Shown piece by piece: positions 27,985-35,660 of a DNA stretch of 64,000 nt; within the stretch, counting starts at the first letter, position 1; each line of letters begins with the position of its first letter. Location of the stretch: positions 95,689 to 159,688 of the forward strand of contig CAJLVJ010000001.1 in the NCBI GenBank assembly GCA_905210085.1, read 5' to 3'. The DNA is from an uncultured Collinsella sp. (GTDB lineage Bacteria; Actinomycetota; Coriobacteriia; Coriobacteriales; Coriobacteriaceae). The position numbers were made by a program, and so were the translations under genes. The notes beneath the pieces were generated by a model. It ran no database searches and had not been told where the DNA came from. It saw only the letters and a program-made list of their open reading frames with translations.

Positions 27985-28613
27985 TGAGGCTCATCGTTGT
28001 CGACGACGACCGCTTGGTGGTCGATTCGCTCAAGATTATCCTGGGCGCCCAGCCGCAGATCGAGGTAGTGGGCACCGGCGCCAACGGCAACGATGCGGTT
28101 TCGCTCTATGCCGAACACGCGCCCGATATCGCACTGCTCGACATTCAGATGCCGGGGCGGGACGGTCTTTCGGCGGCACGCGAGATCCTTGAGCGCGACC
28201 CTTCGGCGCGCGTGGTGTTTCTGACGACATTCTCGGATGACGAGTACATTGTGTCGGCGCTCAAACTGGGCGCCCGCGGCTACCTGATCAAAACCGATGT
28301 CGCCGCCATTCCGCCGGCGTTGGCGCAGGTCATGGACGGCAAACGCGTGCTCGAGGGAAAGGCGATCGAGGACATCGATTTTGACGGAACGGGCGTCGAG
28401 GCGGGCACGACCCGCCGGCCCGCGGCCTTTGCCGGCCTGACCGACCGCGAGTTCGAAGTCGCCGAGCTCATCGCCCGTGGCCTCGACAACAAGGAGATTG
28501 CCGCCACCGCCTATATGGGCGAAGGCACCGTGCGCAACCACATCAGCTCAATCCTTGCCAAAATGGGCCTGCGCAACCGCACGCAGATCGCCATTGCCTA
28601 CCTGCGAGGGTAA
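27984..28613 (+). CDS. Response regulator, NarL/LuxR-type HTH output
   Basis: The receiver domain has MRLIVVDDD...DIALLDIQMPG, and the C-terminal LTDREFEVAELIARGLDNKEIA is a LuxR-type HTH. The start overlaps the kinase stop. Confidence 0.9.
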   Translation: MRLIVVDDDRLVVDSLKIILGAQPQIEVVGTGANGNDAVSLYAEHAPDIALLDIQMPGRDGLSAAREILERDPSARVVFLTTFSDDEYIVSALKLGARGYLIKTDVAAIPPALAQVMDGKRVLEGKAIEDIDFDGTGVEAGTTRRPAAFAGLTDREFEVAELIARGLDNKEIAATAYMGEGTVRNHISSILAKMGLRNRTQIAIAYLRG

Positions 28614-28673
28614 TTACCCAACGGCCGACCACCCCGGCATAGCAAAATGGCTGCTACCGCTTTAATGCCATTT

Positions 28674-28827
28674 CAAAACTATGCCGGTTTACTACGGTGA
28701 ATCGCCCACCTTTGACCACGGCAAATTGCGCACTTGCAAAACCGCAGGTAGAGCGCTTGCAATATTTAGAAAAATGCAGTCATGGTCGGGGATGTCGAAT
28801 TCATCGTAGTGAACCGGCATAGTTTTG
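28674..28827. repeat. 31-bp imperfect inverted repeat pair flanking about 90 bp
   Basis: CAAAACTATGCCGGTTTACTACGGTGAATCG at 28674-28704 matches the reverse complement of 28796-28827 (CAAAACTATGCCGGTTCACTACGATGAATTCG). Confidence 0.55.
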
Positions 28828-28858
28828 TTCGTGGCGGCCCAACCGCGCGTTTAAGCGC

Positions 28859-28892
28859 GGGGCCGGCGGGGCATTTTTGCCCCACCGGCCCC
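28859..28892. terminator. Bidirectional terminator hairpin between the response regulator and the hydrogenase operon
   Basis: GGGGCCGGCGGGGCA-TTTTT-GCCCCACCGGCCCC lies between convergent genes. Confidence 0.6.
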
Positions 28893-28913
28893 TATTCCAG
28901 CTCTATTCCAGCG

Positions 28914-29255
28914 CTATTCCGGCTTGATTTCTACCGTGGGAGTCTTATCCGCCGTAACCGGGGTACGGGCGGTGTCCATAGTCAGGCAGTGTTTTGGGCA
29001 GCTCTCGACGCACTCGCCGCACACCACACAAGAATACGGATCAATCGACCACGTTCCGCCCTTGCGATCGACCGCGAGCGCGCCCGCCGGGCAACGCCGC
29101 GCGCACATGCCGCAGCAGATGCACACGTCCATGTCATTGACGATATGCCCGCGCAGGCGCTCGGGCGCCGTCAGCTTCTCCTGCGGATAGCACACCGTGA
29201 CCGGCTGCTTGACCATAGAGCCCAAGGCCGTCTTGGCAAATGTCAGTAAACTCAT
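28914..29255 (-). CDS. Hydrogenase 2x[4Fe-4S] ferredoxin-type subunit (NuoI/EchF/HycF-like)
   Basis: CICCGMCARRCP and CVVCGECVESCP clusters are present. It is the last gene of the hydrogenase operon. Confidence 0.85.
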   Translation of the reverse strand: MSLLTFAKTALGSMVKQPVTVCYPQEKLTAPERLRGHIVNDMDVCICCGMCARRCPAGALAVDRKGGTWSIDPYSCVVCGECVESCPKHCLTMDTARTPVTADKTPTVEIKPE

Positions 29256-29262
29256 GCCGCGC

Positions 29263-30351
29263 CTACCTTTCCGTGCAGCTAATGCAGGGGTCGATGGTCA
29301 GGATAATCATAGGAACGTTGGCAAGGAGCACGCCCTGCAGCGCATGTGTCAGACCCGCCAGGTTTTGCGACGTCGGCGTTCGCACGCGAAAACGGTCCAG
29401 ATTCTTGGTGCCGTTACCGCGCACATAGTAGTACGCCTCGCCGCGCGGCTGCTCAATCACAACCTCGCCGCGCGCGCCGTCGGCCGGCGTGAGCTTGGTG
29501 CGCCCGCCGATACCGTCGTGCGGGATCTTGCCCACAAGCTCCTTGATGATGTCCATGGCCTGCGTGACCTCGGCACAACGCACCTGGCAGCGGGCATAGC
29601 AGTCGCCGTCGGTAGCAACGATGGGCTCAAATGCTGCCAGGCCTGCATAGGCACCGTCGCCAAACATGCGCACGTCGTAATCCACGCCCGAGGCGCGACC
29701 GAACGGGCCGACCATCGACAGATTCAGCGCGTCCTTCTTGCTGATCACGCCCACGCCATGCAGGCGCTCGCCGCAGCTATTGTCGTCCAAAAACGTATGC
29801 ACCAGGGCCTCGTAGTCGGGACGCATGGCATCGAGCGTCTGGACAATACCCGCCAGCTCGGAGTCCTCAATGTCGTGCTTAAGGCCGCCGATCTCGTTGA
29901 TCGACAGAATCACGCGACCACCGCACGTGCTCTCGAAGATCTTGAGAATCTGCTCGCGCAGGGTCCACGACCGATAGAACAGCGCCTCGAAGCCAAAGGC
30001 ATCGGCGAGCAGGCCCAGCCACAGCAGATGCGAGTGGATGCGCGAAAGCTCGTGCAAAATGGTGCGGATATACTGCGCGCGGCCGGGCACCTCGATGTCG
30101 AGCATGCGCTCGCAGGCGCTGGCATAGCCGTAGCTGTGGCCCACGGCGCAGATGCCGCAGATGCGCTCGGCGATGTAGCCAAACTGATGCATGTCGCGCT
30201 TTTCGGTTAGCTTCTCGAGCCCGCGGTGCACAAAGCCGATCTGCGGAATTGCCTCGATGACGCGGTCGTCCTCGATCACCAGGTCCAGATGAAGCGGCTC
30301 GGGCAGCACCGGGTGTTGCGGGCCAAACGGAATAACGGAGCGATGTGCCAT
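29263..30351 (-). CDS. Group-4 [NiFe] hydrogenase large subunit (NuoD/EchE/HycE-like)
   Basis: The N-terminal Ni-binding motif is RICGICAVGH. The C-terminal DPCISCTER motif ends the protein. Confidence 0.9.
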   Translation of the reverse strand: MAHRSVIPFGPQHPVLPEPLHLDLVIEDDRVIEAIPQIGFVHRGLEKLTEKRDMHQFGYIAERICGICAVGHSYGYASACERMLDIEVPGRAQYIRTILHELSRIHSHLLWLGLLADAFGFEALFYRSWTLREQILKIFESTCGGRVILSINEIGGLKHDIEDSELAGIVQTLDAMRPDYEALVHTFLDDNSCGERLHGVGVISKKDALNLSMVGPFGRASGVDYDVRMFGDGAYAGLAAFEPIVATDGDCYARCQVRCAEVTQAMDIIKELVGKIPHDGIGGRTKLTPADGARGEVVIEQPRGEAYYYVRGNGTKNLDRFRVRTPTSQNLAGLTHALQGVLLANVPMIILTIDPCISCTER

Positions 30352-30356
30352 GGACC

Positions 30357-31073
30357 TTACGCCTCCTTTTTCTGCTTGTCGCGGGCGGCCTTGGCAGCAA
30401 GCGCCGCGCGGACCTTGGCCGCTTTCTCAGGATCCATGGCGGCGAGCTTTGCCTCCATCTCGGCAGCCTTGAGCGCGGCCTTGGCAGCGGCATCGTCATG
30501 CTGAGCATCGGAGCCGGTAGCCGCAGCGGGCTGGGCGGCAACAGCGTTCGCAGCATCGCCGGCACCCGCGGCGCCCTCCCCCGCAGCAGCAGCGGCAGCG
30601 GCCTTCTCGGCCGCAGCCTTGCGCGCCTTGGCCTCTGCGGCGGCACGGACCTTCATGGCTTTCTCGCGCGCGGCCTTCACCTCGGGTGTGATAACGCTCA
30701 TGGGCTCGGCCGTTGAGACCTGGTAGAAAAAGCCCTTAAAGTCGATCTGCATATCGGTAATGGCAAGCCCAAACAGGTCGTGCGCCTCGTTCTCAAACGG
30801 GAATACCGCCGGATAATACGAACTGATGGACGGAATCTCCTGGTACTGATCAATTCCCTCAACCACCAGGTTCTCGATCGCATAGCTGCCGTCCTGCGCA
30901 ATATGCTCCTGAGCAGCACGAACGTTGATAAACGTATAGACCAGGCGATACGTGCCGTCGTCGACGTTGCGCTCGGCATGCATTTGCACAAAGCGCGCGC
31001 CGACGCCCTTGAGCGCCTGGACATGCGACAAGAGCTCGTCGATTCCGACGGTGGTATAGATAGCCTTTTGCAT
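30357..31073 (-). CDS. NuoC/EchD-like 30-kDa subunit with an Ala/Lys-rich C-terminal tail
   Basis: The N-terminal 140 aa is a NuoC-like fold (FPFENEAHDLFG). The C-terminal roughly 95 aa is low complexity (AAEAKARKAAAEKAAAAAAAGEGAAGAG...). Confidence 0.8.
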   Translation of the reverse strand: MQKAIYTTVGIDELLSHVQALKGVGARFVQMHAERNVDDGTYRLVYTFINVRAAQEHIAQDGSYAIENLVVEGIDQYQEIPSISSYYPAVFPFENEAHDLFGLAITDMQIDFKGFFYQVSTAEPMSVITPEVKAAREKAMKVRAAAEAKARKAAAEKAAAAAAAGEGAAGAGDAANAVAAQPAAATGSDAQHDDAAAKAALKAAEMEAKLAAMDPEKAAKVRAALAAKAARDKQKKEA

Positions 31074-31741
31074 TACTCGGCCTCCTTTGCAGCGGCGGGC
31101 ATCCCAGCAGGCGCGTCGCCAGCGACGGGCGCGGCGGGCTTCCCGGCAGGCGCGTCACCAGCGGCGGGTGCGGCGGACCTGGTGGACACGTTGGCCTCGA
31201 CGCCGTCACCGGCACCGTCAGCCCCGGCCCCCGCGGCCACAAATCCGTCCTCGCCCAGCTCAACGCCGCCATCCCAGGTAGCAGCACCGCCCACGGTAAG
31301 CGGGTCACCGCCAGCACGCATCACGGCCTCCTTCTGATCCAGGATGCCGCACGCCTCCACGATGGCATCAATCACCGTCTCGGGACGAATGGCGCACCCG
31401 GGCGCGTATACGTCCACGGGAATCGCGCGGTCCACGCCTCCGATCACGTTGTAGGCATCGCGGAATACGCCGCCCGAGCACGCGCAGATGCCGCACGCCA
31501 CCACGCACTTGGGCTCGAGCATCTGGTTGTAGATCTGGCGCACGACGGGCAGGTTCTGGGCATTGACCGACCCCGTCACCAAAAAGATGTCCGCATGCTT
31601 GGGGTTGCCGGTGTTGACCACGCCAAAGCGCTCCGCATCAAACAGCGGCGTGAGCGAGGCCAGCACCTCGATATCGCATCCGTTGCAGCTCGAGCCGTCG
31701 TAATGAATAACCCACGGCGAGCGCGACATTTTATGATCCAT
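31073..31741 (-). CDS. Hydrogenase small subunit (NuoB/EchC-like) with a repeat-containing C-terminal extension
   Basis: The CNGCDIE...GCAIRPE Cys pattern matches NuoB-type [4Fe-4S] subunits. The tail carries a 13-aa tandem repeat (PAAGDAPAGKPAA / PVAGDAPAGMPAA). Confidence 0.85.
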   Translation of the reverse strand: MDHKMSRSPWVIHYDGSSCNGCDIEVLASLTPLFDAERFGVVNTGNPKHADIFLVTGSVNAQNLPVVRQIYNQMLEPKCVVACGICACSGGVFRDAYNVIGGVDRAIPVDVYAPGCAIRPETVIDAIVEACGILDQKEAVMRAGGDPLTVGGAATWDGGVELGEDGFVAAGAGADGAGDGVEANVSTRSAAPAAGDAPAGKPAAPVAGDAPAGMPAAAKEAE

Positions 31742-31753
31742 GGATGCCGCCTC

Positions 31754-34636
31754 CTAAATAAACACGTCGACGAGGATGGGCATAAGATTGAGCAGGCCAA
31801 ACACCAGCGCCACGCCCCAGCCGAGCTTAAAGCAGCTGCGCCAGGTGCTGCGCGCGAAGGTGTTGTCGATGAGCACCTCGACAAAATACGTCGCGGCCAT
31901 CACGACCAGGGCGACCACCCAGCTCACCGGGTTGTCCCAAACAAAGAACATGCCCACCCACATCAAAAACAGCACGGTCTCGCACCAGTGCATAAGGGTC
32001 ATCTTGGCCAGCGTGCCGCCGCTCATCTCGGTGGCGACGCCCTGGACGATCTCCTGATGCGCGTGATGCGAGTACGAAAGATCGAACGGCGACTTGCGCA
32101 GCTTGATGGTAAGTACCGCGAGCAGCGCGAGGAAAATGGGCGCGCTGTACACGATGATGGGGGCCGACTGCCCCGTCACGGCGATGGAATCGAAGCTGTC
32201 GGTGGCAAGGTACAGGCCCACGCTCATCAGCAGAACGGCGGGCTCGTAACTCATGACCTGCAGCAGCTCGCGGTCGGCACCGACCTGGGCAAACGGGCTT
32301 TGCGTCGAGGCGGACGCCAGCACCACAAAGATCGCGGCGAGCGTCACCATAAAAGCGCACAGCAGCGTGTTGGAGCCCGACACAAAGATGCCGCCGCCCA
32401 CGACGGTAAAGATGAGCGCGCACGCCATGTAGGTATCGTCCATGGTGTTTACGCTGGCAGGGGCCTTGCGCAGCAGCTTGGCAACGTCGTAGAACGGTTG
32501 CAGCAGGCGCGGGCCCACACGGCCCTGCATGCGAGCCGAAAGCTTACGGTCAACGCCGTCGATCAGGCCGCCCACAAGCGGCGCCAGCAGGGCAAACGCC
32601 ACGGTGCCAATAAAGATGCCCACGACACCCGAACCTTCAAAATACTTACCGCGCAGCACCGAGGGCGCACTCATGGCAAGTCGCTCGGGCCCAATCCACG
32701 CGCAGCACAGCAGCGCAAACAAGATAATGCTGCAGCACACGACGCTACCCGCGGGGCCAATACGCTTCTCGCCAAGGACGTCCTCCGAGTACCAATTGCG
32801 CTTTTCGGCCTTCACCTCGTGTCCCATCGAGCCACGGAAATGGCGATATTTGTCGGTTCCCACACCCGAAAGATATACGTTTACGTGCGGTTTGTTGCTC
32901 ACGCGGAATGACGTCAGCAGCACCACGGCGATAAACGCCACGATAACGACCATCAGATACATGGCGTCCTTGCCGATAACGTACGGCACGCGGCCAAACA
33001 CCATGGCCAAGTAAGGCGACACCAGACCGCTCGAGATAACCGGGAACGCCACGCAGCACAGAATCAGCAGCGCGGCGATGGTGTTGAGCGCCATCCATTC
33101 GGTCTTATGGACATTGACCTCAACGTTTTGAGCCGTGGGGTCGACGCCCGAAAGCTTGGCAAGCCACTTGCCCCAGAAGTAAAACGTCGCGGCCGAGCCA
33201 AAGGCAAGCACCATGATCATGAGCACGTTGCCGGTCTGCGCAAACGCCACCAGGGCGCCCCACTTGGACACGAGCATGCCAAACGGCGCCACGAACATGC
33301 CCATGATACCCAGCATCATCAGACGCGTCAGGTGCGGCATGCGGCTGAACATACCGTCCATGTCCTCGATATTGCGGCTGCCGATATGATGCTCGGCCGT
33401 GCCCACGCACAGGAACAGCAGCGACTTTGCCACCGTGTGGAACAGGATCAGGAAGATGGCCGCCCATACGGCCTCGGGCGCGCCGACACCCAAGCAGGCA
33501 CTGATGAGGCCCAGGTTGGAAATGGTGGAGTACGCGAGCACGCGCTTGGCGTTGCTCTGCGAGATGGCCATGAGGGCAGCGAGCAAAAACGTGATGGCAC
33601 CCACACTCGTGACCATAAAGCCGGTCACGGGATAGATAGCATAGAGCGGGCTCAGCTTGACCATCAGGAACACGCCGGCTTTGACCATGGTTGACGAGTG
33701 CAGCAGGGCGCTCGTGGGCGTGGGGGCAACCATAGCACCCAGCAGCCAAGTGTGGAACGGCATCTGTGCGGCCTTGGTGAGCGCGGCGAGCGACAGCAGG
33801 ATGACCGGCATCACCAGCAGCGCGGACTGCGCGGTTCCGGCGCCGGAAAGCTCGATCATACCCGAGATGGTCAGCGGCATGCCGTTAACGTGCAGGAACA
33901 TAAGGCCTGCCAAAAACGCGATGCCGCCCAGCATGTTGAGGATGATCTGGGTGAAAGCGTTTTTAATGGCCTCGGGCGTGCGCGTGTAGCCAATCATGAG
34001 GAACGAGCACACGGTGGTGATTTCCCAGCCGCAGAACAGCCACTCAAGGTTGTCGCTCGTCACGATGACGAACATGGCCGAGAGGAACAGGAACATAAGC
34101 GCCAGGAACTGCGGGCGACGGTCGGGCGCGGTCTGCCCGCGCAGCGCGGCCTCGTGCTCGTCATGGGCCTGGAAGTCCTTCATGTAGCCCAGGGCATACA
34201 CGCAGATAAGGCTGCCGACGATGCCGACGGCGAGGACCATGATTACGCTCATGTAGTCCAGGTAGAGCGGCGTTGCGGTGACGGCTTCGGTCGCGGGCAG
34301 CGTCATGGCTGCAAAGGCGAGCGAGCCCACCAGCTGGACTATGCCGAGCACCGTGGTGAGCGCGTTCCTATATTTGTACGCGTTGTACAGGATGACGGCG
34401 CACAGGATGACGTCGATGACGGAGCTGATGATCGAGAGCACATGCGAGGTGCCGGGGGCAACCTCAAAGCTCTGCGGACCCGTGCCAAAAAACATGGCGG
34501 CGACTACAACTGTCACCGCCATAATAATGCCGGAGCCTATGAGCCCCACCGCATCGCGGACGCGGTCACCGCGCGCGAGCAGCATGCCCAGCGCCGGTAC
34601 CAGCGGAAACAGGGTAAGGAAATACAGTAGCGTCAT
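31754..34636 (-). CDS. Fused membrane subunit: NuoL/HyfB/EchA-like antiporter module plus NuoH/HycD/EchB-like module (960 aa)
   Basis: The N-terminal roughly 640 aa is antiporter-like (TKAAQMPFHTWL, ALLHSSTMVKAGVFL). The C-terminal roughly 300 aa carries DRKLSARMQGRVGPRLLQPFYDVAKLLRK, typical of NuoH/HycD. The ATG is preceded by GGGGGAG. Confidence 0.85.
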   Translation of the reverse strand: MTLLYFLTLFPLVPALGMLLARGDRVRDAVGLIGSGIIMAVTVVVAAMFFGTGPQSFEVAPGTSHVLSIISSVIDVILCAVILYNAYKYRNALTTVLGIVQLVGSLAFAAMTLPATEAVTATPLYLDYMSVIMVLAVGIVGSLICVYALGYMKDFQAHDEHEAALRGQTAPDRRPQFLALMFLFLSAMFVIVTSDNLEWLFCGWEITTVCSFLMIGYTRTPEAIKNAFTQIILNMLGGIAFLAGLMFLHVNGMPLTISGMIELSGAGTAQSALLVMPVILLSLAALTKAAQMPFHTWLLGAMVAPTPTSALLHSSTMVKAGVFLMVKLSPLYAIYPVTGFMVTSVGAITFLLAALMAISQSNAKRVLAYSTISNLGLISACLGVGAPEAVWAAIFLILFHTVAKSLLFLCVGTAEHHIGSRNIEDMDGMFSRMPHLTRLMMLGIMGMFVAPFGMLVSKWGALVAFAQTGNVLMIMVLAFGSAATFYFWGKWLAKLSGVDPTAQNVEVNVHKTEWMALNTIAALLILCCVAFPVISSGLVSPYLAMVFGRVPYVIGKDAMYLMVVIVAFIAVVLLTSFRVSNKPHVNVYLSGVGTDKYRHFRGSMGHEVKAEKRNWYSEDVLGEKRIGPAGSVVCCSIILFALLCCAWIGPERLAMSAPSVLRGKYFEGSGVVGIFIGTVAFALLAPLVGGLIDGVDRKLSARMQGRVGPRLLQPFYDVAKLLRKAPASVNTMDDTYMACALIFTVVGGGIFVSGSNTLLCAFMVTLAAIFVVLASASTQSPFAQVGADRELLQVMSYEPAVLLMSVGLYLATDSFDSIAVTGQSAPIIVYSAPIFLALLAVLTIKLRKSPFDLSYSHHAHQEIVQGVATEMSGGTLAKMTLMHWCETVLFLMWVGMFFVWDNPVSWVVALVVMAATYFVEVLIDNTFARSTWRSCFKLGWGVALVFGLLNLMPILVDVFI

Positions 34637-34781
34637 ACCATCACTCCCCCATGCAAAAACGCTGCAATTGTTTAATGTTATAGCTCAATTGAGGAGTAGC
34701 GGCGGCAGGTTTTCGGTCAACTGAGGAGTTTTAGGCGTACGGGGTAAGGACACGTCCGCTTTGGAGCAGTGGCGCGGCAAG

Positions 34782-34805
34782 AAAAATGCGCCCCCTGTGG
34801 GCGCA
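34782..34805 (-). terminator. Intrinsic terminator after the orphan OrfA-like gene
   Basis: The minus strand reads TGCGCCC-ACAGG-GGGCGCA-TTTTT, 13 nt after the stop codon. Confidence 0.65.
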
Positions 34806-34817
34806 CCATCCCGTTCG

Positions 34818-35222
34818 CTATTCCGCCTTTTTAACGCGCGGCTTGCGACCGCGCGGCTTATCGATAAGCGCGTCGGCGCCGCCATCGCGATACTGGCGAC
34901 ACCAGGCCTTAACCGGAGACTCGCTGGGAATCTTGTGCTTGATCATGGCCTCGCGAACCGTCAGACCGTTTTCCAAACGGTCCTTAACCACGGCGAGCTT
35001 TACGTCGTACGAATACGTGCGGTGATGCGAGCCCGCGTTGAGCACAGCGTCGGCACCGCCCACGGCATATGCGCGGGCCCACTGGCGAGCCGTGGCCTGG
35101 GGAATGCCAAGCTTTGCGGCAAGGGCGCGGTGACCGACCCCCTCTTGGAGGATCTCGACGGCGCGCTGCCTAACCTCGGGCGCATGCGTGCGAGTCCTAG
35201 TTGCTTCCGACATACCTGCCAC
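34818..35222 (-). CDS. IS3-family (IS150-group) OrfA-like double-HTH protein, orphan
   Basis: Two HTH modules each end in a W..Y...G...L pattern (ATARQWARAYAVGGADAVL; PVKAWCRQYRDGGADALIDKPRGRK), as in IS150 InsJ-type OrfA. There is no OrfB, frameshift window or terminal repeats nearby. Confidence 0.65.
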   Translation of the reverse strand: MAGMSEATRTRTHAPEVRQRAVEILQEGVGHRALAAKLGIPQATARQWARAYAVGGADAVLNAGSHHRTYSYDVKLAVVKDRLENGLTVREAMIKHKIPSESPVKAWCRQYRDGGADALIDKPRGRKPRVKKAE

Positions 35223-35660
35223 TTCTTAGCCTTAACCGTTAATCTGCTTTCTTACGTGCACGCTAGATAGTAGCATTTTGCTGTTTGCTCAAAGTAGTTA
35301 ATTAAAATAGACGCGGCGTTATCTGGGCATTTGACACCTATTTACGACATTTCTTTATCGATTATTTACGCTGGTAGCTAGCTCGCAGCTAATCGTCATT
35401 CGTTTGCCAACAAAATTGACGTCTCTTTATGTCCTTTGGTCTAGAGGGAATAATTATTAACCCCTCCCCCAATAATTTTGAGCGGCCTGCAGGGCAGTGA
35501 CGCCTCACTCCTCATGATTACCGCGCATTGCCATCCACCCGAGCAAAACAAAAAGGACGGGACCTGCTGCGCTTGCAGACCCCGCCCCGGTTGACACCCG
35601 ATGGGACGCAGTCGGGCGAGGCAGGTCCGTGCTGCCGCCCCGCCTGGCCGCGATGTTCAA

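Noticed and set aside
28891-28922. Triple short tandem motif CTATTCCAG / CTATTCCAG / CTATTCCGG next to the hydrogenase operon 3' end.
   Set aside because: It is very short and sits at the terminator/stop-codon junction. I can propose no independent function for it, and it is likely a slippage remnant.
34818-35222. Annotating a complete insertion sequence here.
   Set aside because: Only an OrfA-like gene is present. No OrfB, programmed frameshift motif or inverted terminal repeats are detectable in the flanks.
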